64,000 bases of DNA from positions 1,984,001 through 2,048,000 of the forward strand of contig NZ_CP134949.1 in assembly GCF_032116555.1 (NCBI RefSeq). Direction: 5' to 3'. The translations under genes and the position numbers were made by a program. Under the pieces are notes generated by a model. The model was given only the letters and a program-made list of their open reading frames with translations, had not been told where the DNA came from and searched no databases. Positions 18,522 through 29,012 of this stretch are shown piece by piece; positions within the stretch are counted from its first letter, which is position 1; every line of letters begins with the position of its first letter. This DNA is from Halorarum halobium (lineage in GTDB: Archaea > Halobacteriota > Halobacteria > Halobacteriales > Haloferacaceae).

Positions 18522-19376
18522 TCATTCTGATTCGCCTTCCGGTTCCGGCGCTCTTTGCTCGAAGCCTCGCTCGGCTCCGGCCGACAGCTCCGCGGCGAGC
18601 GATTCGAGCCGGTCGGCCACCGCGCCGGTCGGGTCGTCGTTCTCGACCCCCTCGGCGACGATATCGACGAGCGCGGAGCCGACGATGACGCCGTCCGCGC
18701 CCGCCTCGACGACCGTCGCCGCCTGCTCGCCCGAGGAGATACCGAACCCGACTGCCTTGGGCAGATCGACGTCCGAGAGCCTGTCGATCGACGCCGCGGT
18801 CTGCCCGGATACGGACGCCTGAGCGCCGGTGACGCCGAGCCGCGCCTGGACGTAGAGGTAGCCCGAGGAGACGGACACCAGTTTCTCCAGCCGGTCCTCG
18901 TCGGTCGTCGGCGCGACGATCGCGATCAGGTCGAGGCCGAACTCGTCGCACGCCGCCCGCAGCGGCCCGGCCTCCTCGGCCGGGAGGTCCGGCACCACGA
19001 ACCCTGAGAGGCCAACCTCGGCCGCCCGCTCGACGAACGGGCGCGGTCCCTGTTCGGTCCCGTACTGGTACACCAGATTGTAGTACGTCATACAGACGAG
19101 CGGCACGTCCACGTCGAGGTCCGCGACGAACTCGAAGAACCGGTCGGGCGTCATGCCCGCCTCGAGCGAGCGGACGACCGCCTCCTGGATCGTCGGCCCC
19201 TCCGCGATCGGCTCCGAGAACGGCAGGCCGAGTTCGATGGCGTCGGCACCGCCGCGTTCCAGCGCCTCGACGTGTGTCAGCGACGACTCGTAGTCCGGGT
19301 CGCCGACCGCGAGGTACGGGACGAACGCCGGGCCGTCGGCGAACGCCGAGGAGAGGTCACCGTCGGACACGGTCAC
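18522..19376 (-). CDS. trpA: Tryptophan synthase alpha subunit
   Basis: [45 protein letters not shown] start overlaps the trpB stop. Confidence 0.96.
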   Translation of the reverse strand: MTVSDGDLSSAFADGPAFVPYLAVGDPDYESSLTHVEALERGGADAIELGLPFSEPIAEGPTIQEAVVRSLEAGMTPDRFFEFVADLDVDVPLVCMTYYNLVYQYGTEQGPRPFVERAAEVGLSGFVVPDLPAEEAGPLRAACDEFGLDLIAIVAPTTDEDRLEKLVSVSSGYLYVQARLGVTGAQASVSGQTAASIDRLSDVDLPKAVGFGISSGEQAATVVEAGADGVIVGSALVDIVAEGVENDDPTGAVADRLESLAAELSAGAERGFEQRAPEPEGESE

Positions 19377-20629
19377 AGTCCCCCCTCGAACACGCTCATG
19401 TCCGGCGCGTTCGGCACGTCCCGCTCTGCGGTCTCCTCGATGACCGACTCGAGGTCCTTGTCGCCGCGCCCGGAGACGTTCACGATCACCACCCCACCGA
19501 GGTCCGCGTGGTGCTCGTGCAGGTAGCCGAACGCGTGGGCGGTCTCCAGGGCGGGGATGATGCCCTCCTCCTGGGAGAGGCGGTGGAACGCCTCGAGGGC
19601 CGCGTCGTCGTCGACGCTGACCGGCGTGACCCTGCCCTCGTCGACGAGGTGGGCGAGTTCCGGACCGACGCCGGCGTAATCGAGCCCCGAGGAGATGGAG
19701 TGGGACTCGACGATCTGGCCGTGTCGGTCCTGCAGGAGCTTGGTGCGCGCGCCGTGGAGCACGCCCTCCGACCCGATCGAGAGCGACGCCGAGTTGGGCG
19801 CGACGCCCGCCGCCTCGTCCACGTCGAGCGAGGACCCGCCGGCCTCGACGGCGTACATATCCACCCCGTCGTCGCCGACGAAGCGGTGGAACGCGCCCAT
19901 CGTGTTCGAGCCGCCACCGGCGCAGGCGAGGACGGCGTCCGGGAGCCCTCCTGCCCCTTCCCGGACCTGCGCGCGCGCCTCCTCGGAGATGACCGCCTGG
20001 AAGTCCCGGACCATGCTCGGGAACGGGTGGGGGCCGACGACCGAGCCGATGACGTAGTGGGTGTCTTCGACGTTGCTCGCCCAGTCGCGCATCGTCTCGG
20101 AGATGGCCTCCTTCAGCGTCCCGCGGCCGGTCGTGACCGGCGTCACCTCCGCGTCGTTGAGCTTCATCCGGAACACGTTCGGCCGCTGCCGGTTGATGTC
20201 TCGCTCGCCCATGTACACCTCGCAGGGCATCCCGAGGTGGGCGGCCGCCATCGCCGTCGCGGTGCCGTGCTGGCCCGCGCCCGTCTCCGCGACGATTCGC
20301 TCCTTGCCCATGTACTTCGCCAGCAGCACCTGCCCGAGCGCGTTGTTCAACTTGTGCGCCCCGCCGTGGACGAGGTCCTCGCGCTTGAGATACACCTCGG
20401 TGTCGTACCGCTCGGAGAGCCGTTCGGCGCGCTGGAGCGGCGTCGGCCTGCCGCCGAAGTCCCGGAGTCGACGCCGGAACTCGTCCAGAAACCCGTCCTC
20501 GTTCCCCAGGACGTACCGCTCGTACGCGTCGGTCAACTCCTCGATGGCCGGCATCAGCGCCTCGGGGACGTACTGACCGCCGTACCCCCCGAAACTGCCG
20601 TCGCCCGAACGGGATTCGCTCCCCGTCAT
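19373..20629 (-). CDS. trpB: Tryptophan synthase beta subunit
   Basis: [49 protein letters not shown]. Confidence 0.98.
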   Translation of the reverse strand: MTGSESRSGDGSFGGYGGQYVPEALMPAIEELTDAYERYVLGNEDGFLDEFRRRLRDFGGRPTPLQRAERLSERYDTEVYLKREDLVHGGAHKLNNALGQVLLAKYMGKERIVAETGAGQHGTATAMAAAHLGMPCEVYMGERDINRQRPNVFRMKLNDAEVTPVTTGRGTLKEAISETMRDWASNVEDTHYVIGSVVGPHPFPSMVRDFQAVISEEARAQVREGAGGLPDAVLACAGGGSNTMGAFHRFVGDDGVDMYAVEAGGSSLDVDEAAGVAPNSASLSIGSEGVLHGARTKLLQDRHGQIVESHSISSGLDYAGVGPELAHLVDEGRVTPVSVDDDAALEAFHRLSQEEGIIPALETAHAFGYLHEHHADLGGVVIVNVSGRGDKDLESVIEETAERDVPNAPDMSVFEGGL

Positions 20630-21474
20630 GGCTCCCCCTCGGCTTCCGCACGGGTAAAGCGGCGGGTGTTCTCGCGGACGTCCGCGGTCCCCTCGCTCGG
20701 GCGCTCCCCCTTCCCGTCGTCGTCGCTCGCCTCATCGTCCCCGAACTCGCCGGCCGCGTCCACGATGGCCGACCCGACGAGCAGACCGTCCGCGCCAGCC
20801 GCGCGCATCCGCCGGGCGTCCGAGGGCGTGGTGATGCCCGACTCCGCGACGAGCGTCACGTCGTCGGGGACGTCGGGCGCGACCGACTCGAACGTCGAGA
20901 GGTCGACTTCGAGGGCCGCGAGGTCGCGGTTGTTGACGCCGATCAGGTCGGCGTCGGCCTCCAGGGCCAGGGCGAGTTCGTCGGCGTCGTGGACCTCCAC
21001 GAGCGGCCGGAACCCGCGCTCGCGGGCCGCCGAGACGAGGTCGGGCAGGTCCGCACCGACGAAGCGCGCGATGAGGAGGACGACGTCCGCCGCCACGGCG
21101 TCGAGGTGGGCCTCCTCGAGGAGAAAGTCCTTCCGCAGGATGGGGACGTCCACGGCGTTCCGAACCCGTTCGAGCGTCACCGTGCTCCCCCCGAAGTGCT
21201 CGGGTTCCGTGAGAACCGACACGGCGGCCGCGCCGCCCGCGACCATCGCCTCGGCGAGTTCGACCGGGTCGTCGGTCCGCTCGCCGTCGGTCGTCGGGCT
21301 TGTCGGCTTCACCTCGGCGATGACCGGGACGCGGCCGTCGGCCTCGGCGGCGGCGAACGCGTCCTCGAGCGGGCGCGCCTCGACCGCCAGGCGCTCGTTG
21401 CCGCCCGAGCGCTCGGCGGCGGTCGCGAGGATGGACCGCACCGCCGGCGCGAGCCCGTCGTTCGTAGTGTTCAT
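20626..21474 (-). CDS. trpC: Indole-3-glycerol-phosphate synthase
   Basis: [31 protein letters not shown]. Confidence 0.96.
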   Translation of the reverse strand: MNTTNDGLAPAVRSILATAAERSGGNERLAVEARPLEDAFAAAEADGRVPVIAEVKPTSPTTDGERTDDPVELAEAMVAGGAAAVSVLTEPEHFGGSTVTLERVRNAVDVPILRKDFLLEEAHLDAVAADVVLLIARFVGADLPDLVSAARERGFRPLVEVHDADELALALEADADLIGVNNRDLAALEVDLSTFESVAPDVPDDVTLVAESGITTPSDARRMRAAGADGLLVGSAIVDAAGEFGDDEASDDDGKGERPSEGTADVRENTRRFTRAEAEGEP

Positions 21475-21475
21475 C

Positions 21476-21505
21476 TATGTACACCGATGGATGTATTCGT
21501 ACATA
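21476..21505. promoter_or_regulatory. Putative trp operator (TATGTAC-N16-GTACATA, includes TGTACA)
   Basis: Perfect 7-bp inverted repeat immediately upstream of the trpC start codon. Confidence 0.6.
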
Positions 21506-21623
21506 AGGATTGCGTCGCGCGGCCGCGACGTGCGTCGTCGGCGGTCGCCGCCCACTCTCTCACTGAGGTCGTCGGTCGCTACGGTGCCACTGGATTGAAA
21601 CGCCGCCGAATCGACGGTCACGT

Positions 21624-22085
21624 ATGGACGACACCGACACCGGCGTGTACGCACGCGAGTCGGACCGGCTGGGCCGGGCGGTCGAACTCGGCGTGGCCGG
21701 CGGACGGGCCCTCTCGGTCTCGTTTCCCGAATCCCTGCCGCCGGACGCCGGCTCGGACCATCCGACGCTCGACCGGCTGTTCGCGTACCTCGATGGCGAG
21801 GAGGACTCGTTCTCGGACGTGACGCTCGCCATCACCGTCCCCACCGAGCAGCGCCGCGTGCTCGACGCCGTGGGGAACGTCCCCTACGGCGACACGGTCA
21901 CGCTCGAGCTCGTCGTTCGGATGACGTCGGGGCTGGACCACGAGGCCGATGCCGACCTGGAGACGGCGCGGGAGGCGCTCCGGGCGAACCCGGTTCCGAT
22001 CTTCGTACCGGACCACCGGGTGACGGACGCGACGGGGGCGACGCCGCCGGACGTGGCGGAGACGCTCCGCGGGATCGAGTCCTGA
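21624..22085 (+). CDS. MGMT-family alkyltransferase-like protein
   Basis: VPYGDTVT and NPVPIFVPDHRV; the canonical PCHRV cysteine is replaced by Asp. Confidence 0.85.
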   Translation: MDDTDTGVYARESDRLGRAVELGVAGGRALSVSFPESLPPDAGSDHPTLDRLFAYLDGEEDSFSDVTLAITVPTEQRRVLDAVGNVPYGDTVTLELVVRMTSGLDHEADADLETAREALRANPVPIFVPDHRVTDATGATPPDVAETLRGIES

Positions 22086-22142
22086 CCGACGAGCAGCGCC
22101 GATCGCCGGTTCGGAATCGGCGACCGGGAGGCGGGCCAGTCG

Positions 22143-22562
22143 CTACGAGTAGTCCGCCTGTTCGACCTCGGTCGTCTCGAAGCCGGACTCCTGCCAGGCC
22201 GTGAATCCGCCCTCGACGTGGGCGACGTCCTCGAACCCCATCTCGTCCAGCACTTTCGCCGCGAGCGCCGAGCGACCGCCCTCGTTGCAGTAACAGACGA
22301 ACCGGCGGTCCGTCTCGAAGTAGTCCCGGTAGTACTCCGTCTCCGGATCGGCCCAGAACTCCAGCATCCCGCGCGGCGCGTGGGTGTCCCCCGGGACTGC
22401 GCCCTCCAGCCAGCGCTCCCGGACGTCGCGCACGTCGAGGAAGATGGTCCGCCCGTCCTCGTCCCACTCCTCCCGCGCGTCTTCGACGGCGAGCACCTCC
22501 ACGTCACCGTCGGCCTCGGCCTCGGCTGCCATGTCCCAGGCGTGCTTGCGAACGTCTCCCAT
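22143..22562 (-). CDS. Rhodanese-like domain protein
   Basis: FLDVRD, APRGMLEFWAD, YCNEGGRSALA, GGFTAW. Confidence 0.9.
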   Translation of the reverse strand: MGDVRKHAWDMAAEAEADGDVEVLAVEDAREEWDEDGRTIFLDVRDVRERWLEGAVPGDTHAPRGMLEFWADPETEYYRDYFETDRRFVCYCNEGGRSALAAKVLDEMGFEDVAHVEGGFTAWQESGFETTEVEQADYS

Positions 22563-22593
22563 GCGCGAACCGAACGGGGCGCCGGCAAAATAG

Positions 22594-22938
22594 CTACCGG
22601 CGGTGGGGTCGGGACGGACGGTCATTCCAGCGGCGCGCCCCGGCGACGACGAACCCCGCCGCCAGCACGGCACCGCCGGCCGTCGTCAGCGCCGGGACGC
22701 CCACGGGGCCGGCCGCGATCCCGAGCGCGGCCGCGACGACGAACAGCGTCGCGGCAACCTGGTCCGCGTCGATCACGAGAAACACCGCCGCGAGCGCGAG
22801 CGCGAGCCACGGGAGCGCGCTGGCGAACGCCGCGCTCGTGAGGCTGACCTCGTCGGTCACCGCGACCGCGACCGCGAAGAGGACGCCCATCGCGGCGAAC
22901 AGCACCGTCCGCCGGTCCGGCGCAATCCGTGTGGCCAT
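22594..22938 (-). CDS. Small 4-TM membrane protein
   Basis: Ala/Val/Leu-rich hydrophobic ORF filling the gap between genes. Confidence 0.6.
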   Translation of the reverse strand: MATRIAPDRRTVLFAAMGVLFAVAVAVTDEVSLTSAAFASALPWLALALAAVFLVIDADQVAATLFVVAAALGIAAGPVGVPALTTAGGAVLAAGFVVAGARRWNDRPSRPHRR

Positions 22939-22981
22939 TGCCACCCCCACACTGGACCGTCACAAAAGCGTTTGGAGCGCG

Positions 22982-23932
22982 TCAGACGCCCGGCGTCCGT
23001 CCCTCGTGGACGAGGAACTCCAGCGCGTTCACGAGGTAGTGTGCGACGACCACGACGAGGAGGCTCCCGGTCGCCACGAACGCGACCGCGAGAACGGCTC
23101 CCAGCGTCCCCGTCACGAGCATCCCGGCCCGCCCCTGCGCGCCGTGCCCGACCGCGAACGCGACCGACGAGCCGGCGATCAGGAGCCAGGCCGGGAGACC
23201 GAACCCCGCGCCGAGCACCCCGACGAGCGCGGCCCGGAACAGGAACTCCTCGAACAGCGCGACGAGCGGCAGCACGCCCGCCAGCAACAGCACCCACCCG
23301 CCGGGCGTGTCCGGGGCGAGCAGTTCCCGGAGCCGTTCGCCGCCGTCGACGCCGAACCGTGCGCCGACGCGACCCGCGAGTTCGTTCGCGACCCACAACA
23401 GGAGCCCGAGACCGAGGCCGATCCCGAGCAGTTTCGGCGTCGCGACCGGATCGAGTCCGAGCGCGGAGAGGGGGATCTCTGCCCACCAGGCGCCGATGAC
23501 GAGGACGAGTCCGAACAGCCCCTGCGAGAGCGCGACGTTGGCCAGCAACGCCGGCTGCGGGAGGTCGGCGAGTTCTGGCCGGGTCGGGCCCGGGGGGTGA
23601 CTCGTGTCCTCACTGCCGGGCGCGTCGAGGACGTTTTGCGCGTCTGCCGACCGCGGTCCGGCGGGACCACTCTGCTCCTCGGACGGCCGTGACTCCCGCG
23701 TGACCGCCCTCTCGTCGGGGCCCCATCGCCACTCCTCGGCGAAGAAGTCCGATTTCGGGTTCCGGTTCCGGTTCGAGTCGGGAGCCGATCCTGTCGAGTG
23801 CGCGTCGCCGGACCGATCCGACCCGACGTCGGCGGTCCCGCCGCCGACCGCTTCCTGGGTGAGTCGCGCGAGAACGAGTAACAGCAGGAGGACGACGCCC
23901 GTCAGCCCCGCGAACGTCGTCCACTCGGGCAC
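22982..23932 (-). CDS. CPBP (Abi/CAAX) intramembrane metalloprotease
   Basis: EEFLFR, FAVGH, HYLVN motifs; directly downstream of lon. Confidence 0.9.
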   Translation of the reverse strand: MPEWTTFAGLTGVVLLLLLVLARLTQEAVGGGTADVGSDRSGDAHSTGSAPDSNRNRNPKSDFFAEEWRWGPDERAVTRESRPSEEQSGPAGPRSADAQNVLDAPGSEDTSHPPGPTRPELADLPQPALLANVALSQGLFGLVLVIGAWWAEIPLSALGLDPVATPKLLGIGLGLGLLLWVANELAGRVGARFGVDGGERLRELLAPDTPGGWVLLLAGVLPLVALFEEFLFRAALVGVLGAGFGLPAWLLIAGSSVAFAVGHGAQGRAGMLVTGTLGAVLAVAFVATGSLLVVVVAHYLVNALEFLVHEGRTPGV

Positions 23933-23938
23933 CGCTCG

Positions 23939-26032
23939 TTACTGCGGGCTGGGACTGGACGGGCCGCGGGTGCCCTGCCCTTCGCCGGCCTTCTCCAGCG
24001 CGGAGCCGGTGATGTTCTTCAGGCGGTCGACGAGCGAGTCCTTCTCGGGTTCGCCCTCCAGGGCGACCTCGAGCACCTCGGAGATGTGCGAGACCGGGAT
24101 GATCTCGACCATCTCCTCGTACTCCTCCTCGATCATCACGTCCTGCTCGTTCGCCTTCGGGATGATGACCGTGTCACAGCCGGACTTGGCGGCCGCCTCG
24201 ATCTTGTGGGTCACGCCGCCGACCGGGAGCACGTCGCCCCGGACCGACAGCGAGCCCGTCATGGCGAGGCTCTGGTCGACGCCGACGTTCTCCAGCGCGG
24301 AGATGACCGCGGTGGCGACCGTGATCGACGCGGAGTCACCGTCGACGCCCTGCTGGCCGGTCTGGACGAACTGGATGTGGATGTCCTTCTCGGTGATGTC
24401 CTCGTCGGAGAACTTCTTGATGATCGCCGAGACGTTCTGGACGGCCTCCTCGGCCATGTCCTGGAGCTGCCCGGTGGCGATGACCTGGCCGGGCCCCTGC
24501 GAGGGGGTCACCTCGGCCATGACGGGGAGCATGATACCCGAGTCCTCGCCCATGACGGCGAGTCCGTTGACCCGGCCGATCTGGAACCCCTCGGAGACCT
24601 GCAGTTCGTAGTCCTTCCGGCGCTCGATGTAGTCGTCCGCGAGCTGCTGTTCGATGGAGCGGCTGCGCCCCTTCGCCTGCAGCACGTGCTCGCGGGTGAC
24701 GACGTCGGCGTCCTCGCCGCGGGCGATGTCGCCCGAGACGCGGACGAGGCCGCCGAGGTTCCGCATCTTCAGCGTGAGGTGGTCCTTCCGGCCGGCGCGG
24801 CGACGCGCCTCCAGGATGACCTCCTCGACGGCCTCCCGGTCGAACTCCGGCAGGCGGCCGTCCTTGGCGACCTCCTGGGCCACGAAGCGGGCGTACTTCC
24901 GGCGCATCTCCGGGGTGTCCTCGATGGTGTCGTCCATGTACACCTCGTAGCCGTACCCCTTGATGCGCGAGCGGAGCGCGGGGTGCATGTTCTCCATCGC
25001 GTCGAGGTTGCCCGCCGCGACCATGACGAAGTCCGTCGGGACGGGTTCGGTCTGGACCATGGCGCCCGAGGAGCGCTCGGACTGGCCCGTGATGGAGAAC
25101 GCGCCCTCCTGGATCGCGGTCATCAGCTTCTGCTGGGACCGGATGTCGAGGGTGTTGATCTCGTCGACGAACAGCACGCCCTTGTTCGACTTGTGGATGG
25201 CGCCGGCCTCGACGCGGTCGTGGCTCGGCGTCTCCATCCCGCCCGACTGGAACGGGTCGTGGCGGACGTCGCCCAGCAGCGCGCCGGCGTGGGCGCCGGT
25301 CGCGTCCTCGAAGGGCGCGGTCTTCGTGTCCGCGTTGTTCACCAGCAGGTTCGGGATCATCGCGTCGGAGCCGCGCGAACTGTAGCGGAACGCGAGGTAG
25401 ATGATCCCGGCGGCGATGATGCCGATGAGGATGTTCCCGATGGCCAGCAGCGCGTAGCCGAGCACCACCGCGATGATGATCCACATGAGGAACGTCCGCA
25501 TCTGGTTTCGCTTGCGGGCCTCCTCCTTGTGGGCCTCCACGATCTGTTCACCTTTGCCCGCCGGGACCGTCCGGACCTTCGGGTTGTTCCCGTCGTCCGG
25601 GTTGTGGTAGACGAGGACGTCCTGGAGCTCCTCGGGCGGGAGGAGTTCCGACATCGCCTTGGCCAGCATCGACTTGCCCGTCCCGGGCGAGCCGATCATC
25701 ATCACGTGCCGACGCTGTTTGGCCGCTTTCATCACCACGTCGCGGGCGTGTTCCTGCCCGATGACCTGGTCCACGAGACGGTCGGGGACTCTGATCTCGC
25801 CGGTCGAGTCGATGACGAGGCCGCCCAGCAGGTCGTCCTCGGACTCCTCGTCGATCTCGGCTTCGATCTCGACGTCGCTGCCGAGGTCCTCGATGGATCC
25901 CTCCTCCTCGGAGGGCCGGTCGGGATCCTCGAACGGCCCGTCACCCGTCGTCCCGTTAGACCCGGGATCGTCGACGACTGGCGCGTCCTCCGCGGGCACG
26001 CCGCCGCGACTGTCGTTCGAATCGTTACTCAT
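23939..26032 (-). CDS. lonB: Membrane-bound ATP-dependent protease LonB
   Basis: Walker A GSPGTGKS, TM insertion, Walker B LFVDE, catalytic DGDSAS and VGGVTHK. Confidence 0.97.
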   Translation of the reverse strand: MSNDSNDSRGGVPAEDAPVVDDPGSNGTTGDGPFEDPDRPSEEEGSIEDLGSDVEIEAEIDEESEDDLLGGLVIDSTGEIRVPDRLVDQVIGQEHARDVVMKAAKQRRHVMMIGSPGTGKSMLAKAMSELLPPEELQDVLVYHNPDDGNNPKVRTVPAGKGEQIVEAHKEEARKRNQMRTFLMWIIIAVVLGYALLAIGNILIGIIAAGIIYLAFRYSSRGSDAMIPNLLVNNADTKTAPFEDATGAHAGALLGDVRHDPFQSGGMETPSHDRVEAGAIHKSNKGVLFVDEINTLDIRSQQKLMTAIQEGAFSITGQSERSSGAMVQTEPVPTDFVMVAAGNLDAMENMHPALRSRIKGYGYEVYMDDTIEDTPEMRRKYARFVAQEVAKDGRLPEFDREAVEEVILEARRRAGRKDHLTLKMRNLGGLVRVSGDIARGEDADVVTREHVLQAKGRSRSIEQQLADDYIERRKDYELQVSEGFQIGRVNGLAVMGEDSGIMLPVMAEVTPSQGPGQVIATGQLQDMAEEAVQNVSAIIKKFSDEDITEKDIHIQFVQTGQQGVDGDSASITVATAVISALENVGVDQSLAMTGSLSVRGDVLPVGGVTHKIEAAAKSGCDTVIIPKANEQDVMIEEEYEEMVEIIPVSHISEVLEVALEGEPEKDSLVDRLKNITGSALEKAGEGQGTRGPSSPSPQ

Positions 26033-26198
26033 AGAATCGTTGCTACCCGATTCGAGGGCCCGTGAACTGATATACTTTCTCCCCTTACGTGACGTCAGCA
26101 ACCGGAGCCAGACGCACCGTAGTCGGCTCGATACGGCCGTTTTCCTGATTCGAGGCGTCTCGCCGGGCTTATAAACTCAGCGGGAGATACCGACTCGT

Positions 26199-26732
26199 AT
26201 GCGGGGGTTCTACATCGGCCGGTTCCAGCCGTTCCACGACGGCCACCACCACATGGTCGAGGAGATCGCGGACGAGGTCGACGAACTCGTCCTCGGAATC
26301 GGTTCGGCCGGCGACTCCCACACGATGCGGAACCCCTTCACGGCCGGCGAGCGCATCATGATGGTGAGCAAGTCGGTCGACGAACTCGACCTGCGAACGT
26401 ACCCCGTGCCGATCGAGGACCTCGACCGCAACTCGGTCTGGGTGAGCCACGTCCAGTCGATGTCGCCGAAGTTCGACGTGGCCTACTCGAACAACCCGCT
26501 CGTCGTCCAGCTGTTCCGGGAGGCGGGCGTCGAGGTCCGCTCCTCGCCGATGTTCCGCCGCGAGGTGCTGGAGGGCGCGGAACTCCGCGACCGGATGGTG
26601 CGCGGGGACGGCTGGAAGACGCTCGTCCCCGACGCGGTCGTCGACGTCATCGAGGAGATCGACGGCGTGGAACGGCTCCGCCGCGTCGCCGACACGGACG
26701 CGAACGGCGACGACAGCGCCGACCCCGAGTAG
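26199..26732 (+). CDS. nadM: Nicotinamide-nucleotide adenylyltransferase
   Basis: GRFQPFHDGH, GIGSA, NPFTAGER. Confidence 0.95.
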   Translation: MRGFYIGRFQPFHDGHHHMVEEIADEVDELVLGIGSAGDSHTMRNPFTAGERIMMVSKSVDELDLRTYPVPIEDLDRNSVWVSHVQSMSPKFDVAYSNNPLVVQLFREAGVEVRSSPMFRREVLEGAELRDRMVRGDGWKTLVPDAVVDVIEEIDGVERLRRVADTDANGDDSADPE

Positions 26733-27572
26733 ATGTTCACCCTGGCCTCCGACTTCGGCTCCCCGTACCCGGCGGCGATGAGGGGCGTCCTCCTCTCGGA
26801 AACCGACGGCGAACCGCGGCTGGTCGACGTCGCCCACGACCTGCCCCGACAGGACGTGCGCGCCGCCGCGTTCTGGCTGCGGTTCGTGCTTCCCGAGTTC
26901 CCGCCGGCCGTCCACCTCGCTGTCGTCGACCCCGGCGTCGGCACCGACCGCGACGCGCTGGTCGTCAGGGCCGGCGAGCACGCGCTCGTCGGGCCGGACA
27001 ACGGCTCGTTGCTGCCGCCGGCGCGGGCACTCGTGGCCGAGTCGGCGAGTGATACCGACGGCAGTGCTCCGGCTGCGGGGGTCGACGCTGACGTCGAGGT
27101 CGAAGCGTTCGCGGTCGACGTCGAGAGCCCGGCCAGCAGCACCTTCCACGGCCGGGACGTGTTCGCGCCGACCGCGGCGGCCGTCCACGACGCCGGGGTG
27201 GCGGACCTCCGCGCGCTCGACGCGCTGACGCCGACCGACGACGCCGTCGACCTGCGACTCCCCGGGGCGGACGTGGACGACGACCGCGCCGCGGGCGAGG
27301 CGCTCGTCGTCGACGACTTCGGCAACGTCGTCACGAACGTCCCCGGCTCGTTTCTCGAGGGCCTCGTCGGAACCGAACTGCTGGTCGAGACGCCGCACGG
27401 CTCGATGCGGGTCCCGGTCGTGGAGACGTTCGCCGGCGTCGACTCGGGCGACCCGCTCGTGACCGTCGGGAGCCACGGCTACGTCGAGTGCGACGTGAAC
27501 CAGGGGCGCGGGGACGACGCCTTCGGGCTCGCACCCGGCGACGAACTCGCGTTCTCCCCGCAGCCGGAGTAG
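26733..27572 (+). CDS. SAM hydroxide adenosyltransferase / halogenase family (DUF62)
   Basis: LASDFG, VVDPGVGT, GPDNG, TFHGRDVFAP, DDFGNVVTN. Confidence 0.92.
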   Translation: MFTLASDFGSPYPAAMRGVLLSETDGEPRLVDVAHDLPRQDVRAAAFWLRFVLPEFPPAVHLAVVDPGVGTDRDALVVRAGEHALVGPDNGSLLPPARALVAESASDTDGSAPAAGVDADVEVEAFAVDVESPASSTFHGRDVFAPTAAAVHDAGVADLRALDALTPTDDAVDLRLPGADVDDDRAAGEALVVDDFGNVVTNVPGSFLEGLVGTELLVETPHGSMRVPVVETFAGVDSGDPLVTVGSHGYVECDVNQGRGDDAFGLAPGDELAFSPQPE

Positions 27573-27595
27573 GCCGATCAGCCCCGAATGGACCG

Positions 27596-28948
27596 TCAGA
27601 GCGTGTCGAGCGCCCGCTCCTCCAGCGTCTCGACCTCCTCCTCCAGGACGTCACGCTCGAAATACAGCAGTTCGACGGTCACCACTGCCGCGGCGAGCAG
27701 GAGCATCAGGTAGAACGTGCTCGGCGTCGACGTGTAGAGGTGATACGACAGGAGGACGAGGAAGCCGGCGGCCCCGACCGTCCCGACGACGGCTGGCGCG
27801 GGGTGGACGTCCGCGTGGTCGCGGTGACGGAACGCGAGGAAGCTCATCGCGCCGAAGACGACGATGAACGAGACGGACGCGAAGTTGGTGATGACGCCCA
27901 GGCTGCCGACCGCGCTGAACGCCGCCGTGATCGCGCCGAGCACGAGCAACGTCCGGCGCGGGACGCCGCTCGCGCTCGAATCGCCGACCCGATCGGGCAG
28001 CAGGTCCTTCGAGAGCATCCCCTTCGCGAAGTAGCCCGCCGAGAACAGCGTCGCGTTGATCGCGCTGCCCGTCGAGAACAGCGCCGACAGCGAGACGAGC
28101 AGCGCGCCCGCGCCGGCGAGTCCGACCACGCCCCCGACGCGGGCCGCGGCGTCCGTCAGCGCCGTGTGAGGGTTCGACTGGATCGCCTCCGGGGCCAGGT
28201 TGAACGTCACGACGCCGACGAGCACGTAAACGAGGACGGCGGCGGGGATCGAGACGTACACCGCCTTCCTGATCGTCGGCCGGGCGTCCTCGATTCCCTC
28301 CTGGTCGTAGAAGAGCAACTGCCACCCCTGGAACGCGACGAACGAGACGGCCGCGGCCATCACCGGTCCGAACGAGGTGAGCCCCGAGAAGCCGTACCGG
28401 GTCGGCTCCGGGGAGACGGCGTAGCCGTAAGCCAGCCCCGCGAGGCCGAACGCGACGAGGATGGCGACCTTCAGCCCGACGAGGACGTTCTCCGCGGACC
28501 CGGTCGCCCGCGCGCCCAGCAGGTTCAGGCCGACGAACGCGGCGACGACGAGGACGGAGACGACCGGCCGCAGCGGGAGGCCGGCGACCGAGTCGGGGAC
28601 GCCAGGCAGCGTCAGGCCGAACTCGGCGAACGCGAACGCGTACATCGCCATCGAGCCGACGTAGCCGAACAGCAGCGTCCAGCCGACCATCCCGGCGAGC
28701 GTCGAGTTGCCGGTGAAGTGCTGGACGAACGTTACCGAGCCGCCGTTCTGGTCGGCCATCTCGTTGAGTTTGACGTACGAGTAGCCCGCACAGAGGGCGA
28801 CGACGCCGGCGAGGAGGAACGCGAACCACGTCGTCGCGCCGGTGATCCCGGTGACGACGCCGAGCACGGCGTAGATGCCGCCGCCGATCATCCCGCCGAG
28901 CGCCATCGACACCGCCTCGGTCAGTCCGAGCCCGGACCTGCCCGACAT
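27596..28948 (-). CDS. APC family amino acid permease
   Basis: GGMIGGGIY, about 12 TM segments, FVAFQGW, SAINATLF. Confidence 0.9.
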   Translation of the reverse strand: MSGRSGLGLTEAVSMALGGMIGGGIYAVLGVVTGITGATTWFAFLLAGVVALCAGYSYVKLNEMADQNGGSVTFVQHFTGNSTLAGMVGWTLLFGYVGSMAMYAFAFAEFGLTLPGVPDSVAGLPLRPVVSVLVVAAFVGLNLLGARATGSAENVLVGLKVAILVAFGLAGLAYGYAVSPEPTRYGFSGLTSFGPVMAAAVSFVAFQGWQLLFYDQEGIEDARPTIRKAVYVSIPAAVLVYVLVGVVTFNLAPEAIQSNPHTALTDAAARVGGVVGLAGAGALLVSLSALFSTGSAINATLFSAGYFAKGMLSKDLLPDRVGDSSASGVPRRTLLVLGAITAAFSAVGSLGVITNFASVSFIVVFGAMSFLAFRHRDHADVHPAPAVVGTVGAAGFLVLLSYHLYTSTPSTFYLMLLLAAAVVTVELLYFERDVLEEEVETLEERALDTL

Positions 28949-29012
28949 GGGCGTCCGTTCGGCGTCGACGTCCAAAGGGCACACGGCCGATTCGGGACCG
29001 CGCCGGGTGGGC

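Noticed and set aside
18522..20735. 737-aa ORF suggesting an extended or fused TrpA
   Set aside because: The upstream part is an alternative frame of trpB; TrpA starts at the GTG at 19376.
13495..21474. Alternative shikimate entry genes clustered with trpCBA
   Set aside because: Real genes, but this is the known archaeal DKFP pathway in its usual haloarchaeal arrangement.
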